A stretch of 64,000 bases of DNA from Octopus sinensis. Its lineage: Eukaryota. How positions within the stretch are numbered: the first letter of the stretch is position 1; every line of letters begins with the position of its first letter. The notes beneath the pieces were generated by a model. That model did no database searches and was not told the DNA's origin. It saw only the letters and a program-made list of their open reading frames with translations. Below are positions 41,877-54,834 of the stretch, one piece after another. Both the position numbers and the translations under genes were made by a program. The DNA lies in NCBI RefSeq assembly GCF_006345805.1, contig NC_042999.1:138260001-138324000 (forward strand), given 5' to 3'.

Positions 41877-42422
41877 TTGTTGCCGGTTGCTCAGTCTTTG
41901 GTCTTACAAACTATAAGACCAGGCATGATCGTGTTGGTCAACACTTACACTGGAGCGTATGTCATCACTATGATATTCCGCACCCTAAAACCTGGTATGA
42001 ACACCATCCAGAGCCAGTCACTGAGGGAGAGAATATTATCATCCTATGGACAGGCAAATAAATGCTAACCGATCAGACATCGTCACCAAGGACCTAAGAC
42101 AAAAAATATGCCTGTTAATTGATATGACAGTGCCTACAACTCAGTAAAGGAATTTGAAAACTGTCGGAATATAAGAATCTTGAGATTGAGATATCTAGGA
42201 CGTGGAAATTAAAAGCCAAAACCATCCTAGAAATGATCAAGAAAGGTAGTAACAAATTTTTTGACCAGGTTAGATCCCTGGGAAACCAACAATCTATGAT
42301 ACTCAATAAAGTGAGTTGTCATCAACCGCCCACATTCTCAGGAAGTTTTTCTCCGTCTAATATACGTGCCTTAGGTCCCCGGTTGAGACCCGGCTGGAAG
42401 ATGGAATAAAATGCAAATCAAT
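41877..42422 (+). mobile_element. R4/Dong LINE 3' portion, decayed
   Basis: AGCSVFGLTNYKTRHDRVGQHLHWSVCHHYDIPHPKTWYEHHPEPVTEGENIIILW, NRSDIVTKDLRQKICLL(I)DMTVP (RLE motif), TAHILRK. Ends in (AAT)n. Confidence 0.88.
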
Positions 42423-42423
42423 C

Positions 42424-42455
<32 letters not shown>

Positions 42456-42490
42456 TAATAATAATAATAATAATAATAATGATAATAATA

Positions 42491-42676
42491 CAAAGTAAAA
42501 TACATGGAACAAATAGGGGCTGCAGTAAGAGTGGAGCACTTGCAGAAAACAGCACTGCTTGGAACCGCTCGAATACTCCGGAAGGTGCTCGAAGAATAAG
42601 AGATGTTGCCTTAGTTCACTGGTAGTGAACAGTTGGCACCGTAGTACACCTCCAGTGTTAGAAGCTGTGCAAAGAC
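42491..42676 (+). mobile_element. R4/Dong LINE 3' terminal fragment (second subfamily)
   Basis: KYMEQIGAAVRVEHLQKTALLGTARILRKVLEE* plus 3'UTR, between (AAT)n tracts. Confidence 0.85.
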
Positions 42677-42941
42677 AATAAATAATAATAATAATTTCTG
42701 ATTTCGGCAAAAGGCCAACAATTTTTAGGAGAGTGACTTAGATGATATGGTGGACCTCAGTATTTGATTGGTACTTTACTTTTATCAGCACCAAAAGGGT
42801 GAAAGGTTGAACTCCATGCGATGTGAACTCAGGAAGTAAAGACCCGGAACAAATAATACAAAGCGTTTTTTCCGACGATTTAACGTTTCTCTCTCTCTCT
42901 CTCTCCTTCTCTCTCACACACACACACACATTTTATATATA

Positions 42942-43008
<67 letters not shown>

Positions 43009-44158
43009 CATGCATGCATGTATGTATGTATGTTTGTATGTATGTATGTATGTATGTATGTATGTATGTATGTATGTATGTATGCTTGTATGTATATGTG
43101 TATGTGTGTATAATGATGTTTAATGCATGTGTGTGTGTGTGTGTGTGCACGTTTCCGTATGCAATAGCTAAAGAGAATGGCGTTGGGAACTCTGACCTAA
43201 AGTTGATTTAAAACAGCAATTAGACTTCTAATGTGTCTCCTATTCGACCTTAACGCTGAAGGAGCAATGAGTCATACAAAATGTTTTACAACTACAAATT
43301 GACGATTCTTGGAAAATAATTTTAAACATCAAATCCGAACGCAAGTACATACAAGATAAGATGAAACATCAGTACAAAGAAACTACCATCACTAAATAAT
43401 ATTATATTCTTAGAATCATTAGAGCCATTAAAAAAAAACAACAAGACACAACCTCAACTAAAGAACCCCCACCAGCCACAAAGAAACATTACAAAAAGTA
43501 AAAGAAGCAAAATAAAAAAAAAATGAAATAGGAAACAACATTTGGTTGTAGTTGCCTGCATGCTTGTTTGTTTGTGTGTGTGCTTGCATGCTTGTACACA
43601 TACACACACACACACACACACGCACACATATAGGGTGAAAGAGAGGGGGAGGTCGGTAGCGTAGCAATGAAGATTTCCTCTTTTCCTCTTTGTTCAACGT
43701 ATTTAATCTTAACGAAGTCAAGATTGAAGCTGGAGTATTTCGTTAACAATTCATCTCAAATACTTTTCTATTTCATCGTTTTTCTTCATTTCATCCCTCA
43801 CTTTTTTTTTTGTCCCACCCATCCTGCTAACTATCCGCCTCCTGCAGTGTACATTTCCTTCGAGGAACTCAACGGTAAACTAAGAATTTAGAAAATAAAA
43901 TAAACAAAAAATTTCATGAAAAAAAAGGAACGATAAAAACAATAACAACAGTGAATCCAAAACATTTTTTCACTCATTCTTGACCTACCACCTACTTATA
44001 TTAGCATAATTCCTTAGCAATCCCAGATCGAGCCAGCAAAAAGGGGCCCTGAACAGCTTTTCGATCTGTTAAAATAACAGTACAAAATCTTTTAAAAAAT
44101 CATACCATAAATCTTCAATTACGAAACACATTACACAAAATAATTTCTGATATACATT

Positions 44159-44775
44159 GGCTTCAAATTTTGGCACAAGGCCAGCAGTTTCGAGTGAGTG
44201 GGCAAGTCGATTACATCGACCCCAGTGCTCAGCTGGCACTTATTTTATCGACCCCAAAATGATGAGAAGTAAATCGACCTCGGCGGAATTTGAACTCAGA
44301 ACGTAAAGACAAAATACCGATAAGTATTTTACCCGGCATGCTAACGATTCTTATTTCTATTTCTTTACTACCCAAAAGGGGCTAAACATAGAGAGTACAA
44401 ACAAGAACAGACAAACAGATTAAGTCGATTATATCGACCCCAATGCGTAACTGTTACTTATTTAATCGACTCCGAAAGGATAAAAGGCAAAGTTGACCTC
44501 GGCAGAATTTGAACTCAGAACGTAGCGACAGACGAAATACCTATTTCTTTATTACCATCAAGGGGCTAAACATAGAGAGGACAAACAAGGACAGACAAAC
44601 AGATTAAGTCGATTACATCGACCCCAGTGCGTAACTGGTACTTAATTTATCGACCCCGAAAAGATGAAAGGCAAAGTCGATCTCGGCGGAATTCGAACTC
44701 ACAACGTAACGGCAGACCAAATACCGCTAAGCATTTCGCCCGGCGTGCTAACGATTCTGCCAGCTCGCACCCTTC
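44159..44775 (-). mobile_element. SINE A composite: head-A2-A2-A1 with 15-bp TSD
   Basis: Three successive units sharing the GAGTTC(A/G)AATTC B box. TTTCTGATATACATT flanks the block at 44144-44158 and 44776-44790. Confidence 0.88.
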
Positions 44776-44849
44776 TTTCTGATATACATTAAAGATAGAC
44801 TGGTTACAGCTGAAATGCCATTTTCATTATTCAGTATATTACTTAAGGA

Positions 44850-45062
44850 AAGCGGCGAGCTGGCAGAACGTTAACACGCCGGGTGAAATGCATAGCAGTA
44901 TTTCGTCTGTCTTTACATTCTGAGTTCAAATTCCACCGAGGTCGGCTTTGTCTTTTATCCTTTCGGGGTCGAATAATTAAGTACCAGTTGCGTACTGGAG
45001 TCAACGTAATCGACTGCCCACCCCAAAAAAATTTCGGGCCTTGTGCCTAGCGTAGAAAAGAG
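44850..45062 (+). mobile_element. SINE family A1, full length
   Basis: GCGGCGAGCTGGCAGAACG...CTGAGTTCAAATTCC...CCTTTCGGGGTCGAATAATTAAGTACCAG...CGGGCCTTGTGCCTAG. Confidence 0.9.
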
Positions 45063-45242
45063 TATGTTACTAAAGACTGATCTTGGTCGAAACGTTGAAC
45101 AACTCCAATACTGAAATTTTAGAAATAAAATGACTGATTAAATTAGAATTTCACTAGAATTTCATATGTTGTTGGTTCGAATAGACCGCTGGCGTTTCGT
45201 TGGGTTTCAGGACAAAATACTTCGCTCTCAGTTGCTTAAGTT

Positions 45243-45539
45243 CACCGCCTTGAAAATTTTTTAGTCAAATGAGTCGACCCCAGTACTTATATTTTAAGTC
45301 TGGTACATATTTTATCAGTACTTCTGCCGAACTGCAAGGTTATGGGGGCGTAAACACACCAACATCGGTTGTCAAACGCTGGTGGGGACAAACACACACA
45401 CACACACACACACATATATACACATTGGATTTGGTCTGCCCGAGGCCATAGCAGAACACTTACCCAAGGTGCCACGCAGTGGAACTGATCTGGGAATCAT
45501 GTGTTTGGAAAGCAAATTTCTTACCATATAGCTATGCCT
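45243..45539 (-). mobile_element. SINE family B, diverged
   Basis: Plus strand GTCGACCCCAGTAC, CACCAACATCGGTTGTCAAACG, CCAAGGTGCCACGCAGTGG match the family B reverse complement. Confidence 0.8.
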
Positions 45540-46732
45540 GAAATATTTGCTAGAGCAATTGGGAATGTTAGTCGCAAAAGACTAGTGCCCTCTCCTTTAA
45601 TTATCAAGGACTAATTAAAGTGTTTTGATGTTTCTTTTGAAGGATAGTTTGTTGCTGTTTCTAGCAAGTACAGCGACGAAGTAAAGGCTTCTTTGTGGGC
45701 CCTTGTAAATTTCTTGTTAGCTAGTTTTTACATAATTCCATTTAGATTAGAATTAGAGTCATCCTGGTTAATAGGGTTTCAGAGTGAAGAGGTTAATGGT
45801 TCCTATCTTGTTAACGACACTGTGTCGTGTCAATAATCAAGATACTAACTTCTCGAATGGTTCAGAGCACCTTAATAGAAACAGATTTTATGAAGTTGGT
45901 ACCACGCACAGTAGTAAATAGTCCTGCATACTTAGCTAGTGTTTCATTAATTTGCTTTGAAAGATCCTAATTTTATTTATTTATTTATTTTTATTTTTTG
46001 GTCAATAAAATACTTTGCAAAATCTCTCCTCTCTCTTGAAACCAGCTTTTTTTCACTTTTATCTCAGTAGCCAGAGATAAATGAACGAGTCTTGACGATG
46101 ACATTAACGTAAGTCTAAAATAACAGACAGTTGCTTCGTTTTGATCCCCTGGTTGCCGGTTTATTCGTGAAAGTCCAGTTCTCTAATGAGGCTTAAATAT
46201 ATATTTATTGCAAAGCATGACTTTTAAAATCAGCGAAATTTGAACTCCGAACACATATTGAGTCAAACATTTTTCTAGCGCTCTTCCGATTCAACCACAA
46301 GAAAGAGAACAAGAAGGAATAAAAAGAGAACAAGAAGGAGGAGAAAAGTAAAGAAAGAATAATATGCGGATAAATACAGAATGTAGTCGCCTGTAATTGT
46401 CTGGTCGTTTGGCGGCATTACTTAACCAAAATCTTGGTAAAGAAGAATTCTCTCGATCTTGTTTTACAGTTCTCATGGTCTTTCCTTTGAGTATGCGTGG
46501 GTTGTCAGTAACAGCGAAATAAAGGAGGAATGAAAACTAAGAAATGAAACACAACAAAGCAAACACAACATCCTGTCTAATCAGGGAAACATCCGGTACT
46601 TCGCAATAAAAAAAGGTTAGCGCAGAAGAAATAAAATAAAAAGAATATTAATGCAATACAAAAACATCCCTTAGCATGACATCTTTCCAAGAATCTTTTT
46701 TTAACCTGCCCCCACCTCTCTCTCTCTCTCTC

Positions 46733-46798
<66 letters not shown>

Positions 46799-47499
46799 TG
46801 TGTGTGTGTATATTTATATGCGTATATAGATATGTTTGTGTGTGTATGTATGTATATGTGTGTGTATGTGTGTGTATGTATGTATATGTGTGTGTGTGTG
46901 TGTGTGTATCTTACACCCATATGCATAAATTGTATATCTGTGACCTCTTTTACTTTCATATCTACAAATTGTGTATCTTGTCTCTCTCTCTCTTTCCCTC
47001 TTCCTTCCTTCCCTCCTTCCTTCCTTCTTCTCTCCCCCCCTCTCTCTCTTTCTCCCTATTTTTATCTGTATGTTTGCGTGTGCGTGTGCATAGCAGAGAT
47101 ACATACATGCATACGTACATACATGCAATATACACACACGCATACACATACACACACACACTTATGTGAGTGTGTGTGTGTGCATGCTGTGTATGTGCGC
47201 ATGCTAGTTTAAATCAAATCGCTAGATTAGCAGAATCAGTTGAACGCTAGGCGAAATGCTTTGCCTCCCTCTTAACCATCTGAATTCGAACATATAAATA
47301 GTTAGTAAAGTAGTATAACTATTTTGAGAGGAGAGAGAAGAAACCTTACGATTCAGTCAGAATCCTTCAGATGTCATCGACAAATGCTTCTGCCCGAAAC
47401 TTCTCTTCCTTCTACAAAATAATTCATTCTACTATGGAGATTTTTATAGTGATTTGTTGCCGACGCAGATCATCGCTAGTTTTCTCGGATTGAACTCAT

Positions 47500-48110
47500 A
47501 CGTAAACGGCGTTTCCTCCATTTTTCCATCCTCGACTTAACTCTATCCACCTTAAGATCCTACGAGCTTTGCGCCTTCTTTAGCCGGACTTCATCACCTT
47601 CCACATCTTGCTTAATGCATCACATTCGTTCAAACGGGTCTATAATCTGCAAGACTTATTCGTCCGTAGCTCTCCCTCTTCTACCTCTTCCACTTTACCC
47701 GGATCATCTCTTTGTTCCTGTCGCATTGCAACACTTGTTTGTTCCATATCAGCACTAGCTTCCTCACGAGAGCGAACTTCCACATCTTCCATATTTCCTT
47801 ATTCCTTCTGCACCTCCACCGCTGTCATGTATTGCTTTAGCTGCTCTCCCTGCAATGCTTTTTATATCTGTCAAACCGGCTGCAGTGTTGCTGATCGATT
47901 CATAGAACATCTTCGTGACATTCGGCTTGTAAATTTAGCTTCGCTTAGCTGTTACCTTCCCTACACTGACACCTTCGATACACCGTCTATTTGATCCCTG
48001 AACTCCACGTTTCACAGAGAGCAGCATTTGGTTTTTTTCGTCTCAAACCCACACTGTTTTCTGCTCAATTTACCACCCCAACTCCTCTAACACCTCTTCC
48101 AAAACACATC
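47500..48110 (+). mobile_element. Penelope-like GIY-YIG endonuclease fragment
   Basis: SFCTSTAVMYCFSCSPCNAFYICQTGCSVADRFIEHLRDIR fits the PLE pattern FTC.S..VIY.I.C..C...YIG.T.R.L..RF.EH. Confidence 0.8.
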
Positions 48111-48321
48111 ACATAACATACACATACACACCTGCATGCGTGAGTATCCAAAGAAAACTCACACATGCATCTTAATCCCCCCTTTAACACTCCTCGGTTG
48201 CACACACCACTACACACGCCCGCTCACACACAGGTATGCACACACACACGTGCGTATATGTGTACGCAAAAATGTCTTCACCATAGCTTTGTGGTGTGTG
48301 TGATTATTTATATATGTTTTT

Positions 48322-48364
48322 TTCTAGTTTCAGCTCAGAGCTGCGGCCATGCTGATTCACCGCC
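48322..48364 (-). mobile_element. Isolated 43-bp CR1/SINE-B type 3' tail
   Basis: Minus strand GGCGGTGAATCAGCATGGCCGCAGCTCTGAGCTGAAACTAGAAA next to (TA)n. Confidence 0.7.
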
Positions 48365-48365
48365 G

Positions 48366-48469
<104 letters not shown>

Positions 48470-49260
48470 CAAAATAAGAAAATGGAGAAATACATCGAAA
48501 TCAAATATCAATTACCAGATAATACTCAATCACATGCTTTATTAAACCACTACATAAAGAAACTATAAGGTTGAACATAATAATGCAGGGTAAAGCAGTG
48601 TACATGAAGGAGTGTACATAAAATAGTAATGTTATACAATAAGTAGAATACGTATAATAGAACATAAATATAAGTACATATAAATATAAATATAGACTAT
48701 ATCTTACAGCTGTTTCGGCCATGTAGATAAGCATGTCTCATTCAACTCATATTAGCCATTTATGGTAGGTCAATATGTAGTTATAAATGAGACATTTACA
48801 AAAACATCCTAAGGCCTCTTCGGAGATTACAAATTAGATTACATATATACTTATAAAGGTGTGGGTATATACCCATAATAAAACATACATATACATATGA
48901 GTGCATATACTCATACTCATATACATATAAATATAAATATACATAATGATATAAATAATAAAAATTAATAAACATACATATGCTCCACATTCAACGTTAC
49001 AGTTTTTCAACTTAATGTTGTGATAATTACAACGTAGAAGAAAAAACATACACATATTATTATCTAAATGCAGATATAGAGAGTCAAGGTTACTTTCTAT
49101 TAGTTCCTATTAATTTACAAAATGTCATTAATGCTAGCATCATTATCATTGTCGTTACTACTAATGCTACCACTATCATCATTCATATTATTATCAATAA
49201 CGCTTATACTAGAAATACAATACATAAATTCATTATTAACGATATAGTCACAATATTATT

Positions 49261-49359
<99 letters not shown>

Positions 49360-49697
49360 TTAGATAATAAGGTGAAAAATTGAATATTAATTTGATTAAT
49401 ATCAATTTAAAACCAGTGGCCTAGCATATTGAAAAATCTGAAGATTCAGAGAAATATATCATATAAGAAGGATGACCACTAAGAAAAGATTGTTCTCAAG
49501 AAAATTCAGCAAACGCCAGAACGTAAGCGAGCAAGACAAATGAAAAGATACAAAATATAAAGATTAATCACAAACCGGGTTTCATTGTTACCATTGTATA
49601 GTATATATACTATATTTTGCTATGACGATGAATTGCGGACTGATGAATGCGGACGTTTACGTAAAAATCACGTAAGTGGTAACAATGAAACTAGGTC

Positions 49698-49735
<38 letters not shown>

Positions 49736-49812
49736 GAGCAGGAGTTAGTAAAGTAGTATAACTATTTTGAGAGGAGAGAGAAACCTTTCCTATCACATAG
49801 CCACTCCTGCTC

Positions 49813-49886
<74 letters not shown>

Positions 49887-49891
<5 letters not shown>

Positions 49892-50065
49892 AGCAGGAGT
49901 GGATATGTGATAGGAAAGCTTGCTTACCAACCACATGGTTCCGGGTTCAGTCCCACTGCGTGACACATTGACAAAGTGTCTTCTACTATAGCCTCGGACC
50001 GACCAAAGCCTTGTGAGTAAATTTGATAGACGGAAACTGAAAGAAGCCCGTCGTATATATATATA

Positions 50066-50119
<54 letters not shown>

Positions 50120-50312
50120 CTGTGTTTGTCCCCTCAATATCGCTTGACAACCGATGCAGGTATGTTTACGTCCTCGTACCTTAGCGATTCGGCAAAAGAG
50201 ACCGATAAAATAAGTACTAGGCTTACAAAAAATAAGTCCTGGGGTCGATTTGCTCGACTAAAGGCAGTTCTCCAGTATGGCCGTAGTCAAATGATTGAAA
50301 CAAATAAAAGAA
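49887..50312 (+). mobile_element. SINE family B, full length
   Basis: Head ..GCAGGAGTGG..CCACATGGTTCCGGGTTCAGTCCCACTGCG, internal (TA)n(TG)n, 3' half and tail. Confidence 0.92.
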
Positions 50313-51796
50313 TATACATATATATATAATAGCTATGCACGAATACACTCAAACAGTATATATACTCAAACATAGAAGTTCATGCATACATGAAACACTT
50401 GTATTTTCAATCTCTCACAGAAACATTCACAAATACACTAAGGCGTATATAGATGCACCTATCTTCTCACATTTGTTTTCCTTTTTGCACATTATTTAAC
50501 TTCTAGTGAGCCAATGATCATTTTTTAGACCATTCCGTTTTCGTCTGAAGTGTTTCTTATATATGTTCAGCTTTTTACCCCATCTTTTCTATTCGTTTTC
50601 ACCCTATACTCTATTCAGAAGAAAGCCACTATCCGAAGCGTCATAACAATTACTTCTTATAATTTCTCTAGGCGTCAACCTAATAATTTTAATCACTTAT
50701 CCTGTCTTTTCTTTTTGCTTTTGTTTTTCACTTTTTTATGTACACATTCACGCACACCCACACACACAAACACACATTCACGAACGACTTTTTAGAAGCT
50801 TACAATTAAAAGTGCTTGCATACTGTTATTTATAGCATTTATGTCGACGTACAAATATCCAGTAGTTCTACAAACTGGGTGACCTATTCATTGAAAACTC
50901 TATCCACATATCTATGGAAATTCACAGACACGCGGCAGTGCAAACTCCTAAATACGCTATATACACACATAGAAAAAATCCTGGTGTATATTGAAACAAT
51001 AAGTACATACCTAGTCTAACATAACTACCAGGAATATGCTTTATACAATGTAGACAAAGAACAGTCCGCTCAATTGGTTTATATAATGTTTCAATCTACA
51101 TAATTCCACTAACAACTTCTGTGTTAACCTTAGGCTATAGTAAAATATTTGTTTAAAATTCCATGTAGTGGGATCAACCCAAAACGCCTAATGGTTGCGA
51201 AGCAAACTTCTTAACCACACAATCATGCTTGTGCCCACACACACATGTATGTAAGTATGTATGTGCGTGTATGTGTGCGTCTACAAGCATATAAGACTCT
51301 GTTCCTCTCCTTATTCTTCTATTTTTCTTTCCCCATCTCCATTCGACATTCTGTTTGCCTACAAACTAAGTCCTCATCCTTCACATTTCTTAATTAAATT
51401 ATATACAACTAAAGGAAGCCATTCATGAAAGACAAGTACTATCCGGTCACGCTTATTTTGCCTTATAATACTCTTTTTTTAGGTGACTGATTCAAATTTG
51501 GCCTGCAAGTAACTGAGTGCAAGATGTACGTAAGTGTTTAGAACATCTGATGGCATCGATCAAAATAATTGACCCTTCAGAAGAGGGACCAGTTAAAGAC
51601 GTCTCGAAAGAATAAAAGCATAAAAGAAAAAAGAAGCAAACAAATACCAAAATAAAAAGTCAAAAGAATCTGTTTAACTTAGTATATGATATTTAGGAGA
51701 TTAAAAGGCTTAATATTTTATATACAAATATACTGGGTGAAATCTTGAGGTACACTGAAAATATATATAAATTAAGTTTATATCCAAGATACCTAG

Positions 51797-52026
51797 CATA
51801 CTCACCCTGCTCCTGCAGCGTCGTTTGCGCTGGCTCGGTCATGTACATCGCATGCCGGACGGAGGGATCCCAAAATACCTCCTATATGGGGAATTGGCCA
51901 CCGGCACAAGAGCACGAGGACGAAGTCATCTTCGTTTGAAGTCGTCTGTAAGAGGGATATGAAATCGCTTGATCTGCACGTCCTGAGATGGGAGGAAGTT
52001 GCAATGATCGCTCACACTGGAGACAA
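51797..52026 (+). mobile_element. RTE-clade LINE short fragment
   Basis: LLLQRRLRWLGHVHRMPDGGIPKYLLYGELATGTRARGR, then CKRDMKSL..WEEVA. Cut off by (TA)n. Confidence 0.88.
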
Positions 52027-52062
52027 ATATATATATATAATATATATATATATTATATATAT

Positions 52063-52210
<148 letters not shown>

Positions 52211-52886
52211 TTATGTATGTATGTATGTATGTACACACACACATGAATAGAACTTTTTTGTAGTGTACAAAAGTATACAAAGGTTAGGCAAAAAAATGAA
52301 GGAATTGTTCCTTAGAATATTGATATACTGTTTCAGATAGAAATAAAATAAAGTCAAATACTTACGTTTTTTTTCGTCTAATGTTCGAGGATGCTTGTGC
52401 TTCTACTGCAGAGGCAGTATAGTCATATACTTATAAATATTATAAATTTAAATCGGAACAAGTTTTTACTGCGAAAAATAATTTTACTTGTTCTTCAAAA
52501 AATCTGTATACTTTTTTATTATATATTTTCAATTAAAGTCAAGCTTCAGTCTTTATTACCTTTGAAATAAAACGAGAGGGAAAACACAGTAAAAAATATC
52601 CCTTATATATCTCTTTTCCAACTGTCATATGACATATTCAATAGAATAAAACGTTTTTTTTTCTGATTTTCTCGTTCAACTGTCTCATAAGCTTGACGCA
52701 TGAACGTTGTCCACCAATCTGCACGTTAGCGGATAGCATTCTGAGCATTGATCTTTCTTTAAAAATAGACAATTATTACAATGGTCTGAAAAGACATGCT
52801 TTGCGTACCAGCACTATACACTTTTGACAATCTAATGTGAAACCAATCAAGTGTATGCTTCTTAAAATATTTAATAATAATTCTAA

Positions 52887-53645
52887 TTAGTTAGTTAGTT
52901 AGTTAGTTAATTTGGCTCAAAAGCAAATAGCAAATAGCAAGGCCATGTAGGGGGACATGGAGTTAAGTACAGGGTGGTGTTCATGTAAAGAGTTCAGGCC
53001 ACTTGAGGTCCAGGGAGGCTTTGAACAAAGCGGTCGTCGGCATCTTCACCATCTCGTCTGGCAGCTTGTTCCACGGATCCGCAACCCGGACGGAGAAAGC
53101 TCCTCTCCTTCGATTGAGATGAAATCGTCGCAGGTAGAGCTTTTCGGAATGACCCCGCAGCCGACGCTCCGGAGCAGGAGTGAAGAACAGCTCTTTCGAG
53201 AGGTTACACTTCCCGCTTATGATGTTGTGGGCGAGGATGAGATCACCACGGCGGCGGCGTTTTTCAAGAGAATAAAGGTCGAGCGTCCTCAGCCTTTCTT
53301 CGTAGGACAAATTTTTGAGACCATGAACCAGGCGGGTAGCCAGCCTCTGGACTCTTTCGAGGTGCTGTATGTCTTTGAGGAGATAAGGAGAAGAGGCTTG
53401 AATCCCATACTCCAATATGGGTCTCACCAGCGTGACATAGAGTGGCAGGAATATGGCTGCTGTGAGCATTCCGAATGACCGTCGAATCAAAAACAGAATT
53501 CCGCGCGCTTTGTTGGCAGCATGGACGCACTGGGCCGACGGCGAAAAGGAGGAATCCACCAAGATACCCAGGTCCTTTACCTGATCGGTCCTCTCCAGCA
53601 GCAGACGACCCGGCTCGAAATCAAGTATTCTCATTGCATTTTCAA
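52887..53645 (-). mobile_element. CR1-clade LINE 3' portion with uninterrupted ORF2 end (~220 codons)
   Basis: VKDLGILVD...LYVTLVRPILEYG...LERVQRLATR...LSYEERL..LDLYSLEKRRRRGDLI...LRGH...FSVRVADPWNKLP...FKASLD, stop at 52981, short 3'UTR, (AACT)n tail. Confidence 0.95.
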
Positions 53646-53967
53646 CACAGACACACACACATACACACACACGCACACACACATATACACGCACACGCAC
53701 GTATCTGGCCGCTAATTTGAATAATATATTGTAGTATGTTTATAGTCAGTGTTTGTGGACAGGTGAACAGGTGCTCACGAAACTCTAAGCTGAGTTGAAA
53801 TGTGCGGCATATACAACTTTTTTAAAATCTTATTCTGCTTGCGATAATATTGTGTATATAGATGTAATGTTTATATTAATTGTAATACAAAGTGTTTGCT
53901 AAAAATTCATAGTTATGTTCTATACTCCAGTAAAACAATGAAACGAAACGCTATTAACATACCAATA

Positions 53968-54009
<42 letters not shown>

Positions 54010-54039
54010 CATATAAGACCAAAAGGGTACGGGCGTCGC

Positions 54040-54072
<33 letters not shown>

Positions 54073-54184
54073 TATATATATATTTGTAAAAAAATACAAA
54101 CTGGGACAAGAATGCAAAACATTTAGAAGACCATACAAAAAACACGGACGGGACATTCGAAGCCTTCAATCTTCAGTCAAGAAC

Positions 54185-54265
<81 letters not shown>

Positions 54266-54539
54266 GTTTCTGTCTATATGTGTATAGATATATATGCGTA
54301 TAGATATATGTATATATGTATGTCATTCAGTTTTATTTCAAGATTTCCTGCCAATAGAGAAAGAGCCGGTTTCTAATCTAGATCCAAGACTCCTTCATTG
54401 GAACTTCAAAATCAACAACAGGGTATTTTTGTTTGTATTTATGTATGTATGTATGTAGTATGTATGTATGTATGTATGATGTATGTATGTATGGATGTAT
54501 AGTTCACATTCATAGAAAACATAGACGGAGACAGTTGCA

Positions 54540-54625
54540 GGAACAACAAGCAAGTGTAATAGTTTGACGCTCGGGAAAAATGGAAAAGTCTTTTACGTTT
54601 CGAGCCTACACTCTTCGACAGAAAG
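54540..54625 (-). mobile_element. Second copy of the A6U minimal-hammerhead repeat
   Basis: Minus strand CTTT-CTGTCGA-A-GAGT(GTAG)GCTC-GAAA-CGT-A-AAAG then ...TTCCCGAGCGTCAAACTATTACAC, as at 14825. Confidence 0.65.
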
Positions 54626-54754
54626 GAATAAGAGGAAATAAATAGAGAGAGAGAATGAATAAAAAAACATGTTGAATTCAGTGGTCCAACATGGCGAATA
54701 TATATGTATGTACGTATGTATGTATGCATACATGCATGTATATATGTATGTATG

Positions 54755-54788
<34 letters not shown>

Positions 54789-54834
54789 TGTATGTATGTA
54801 TGTATGTATGTATGTTTGTGTGTATATGTCAGGT

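Noticed and set aside
52361-52410. Possible 40-nt minus-strand exon (CAG...GTAAGT)
   Set aside because: Isolated splice-like signals without partner exons or a recognisable peptide.
52957-53478. 173-aa plus-strand ORF
   Set aside because: Antisense shadow of the GC-rich CR1 ORF.
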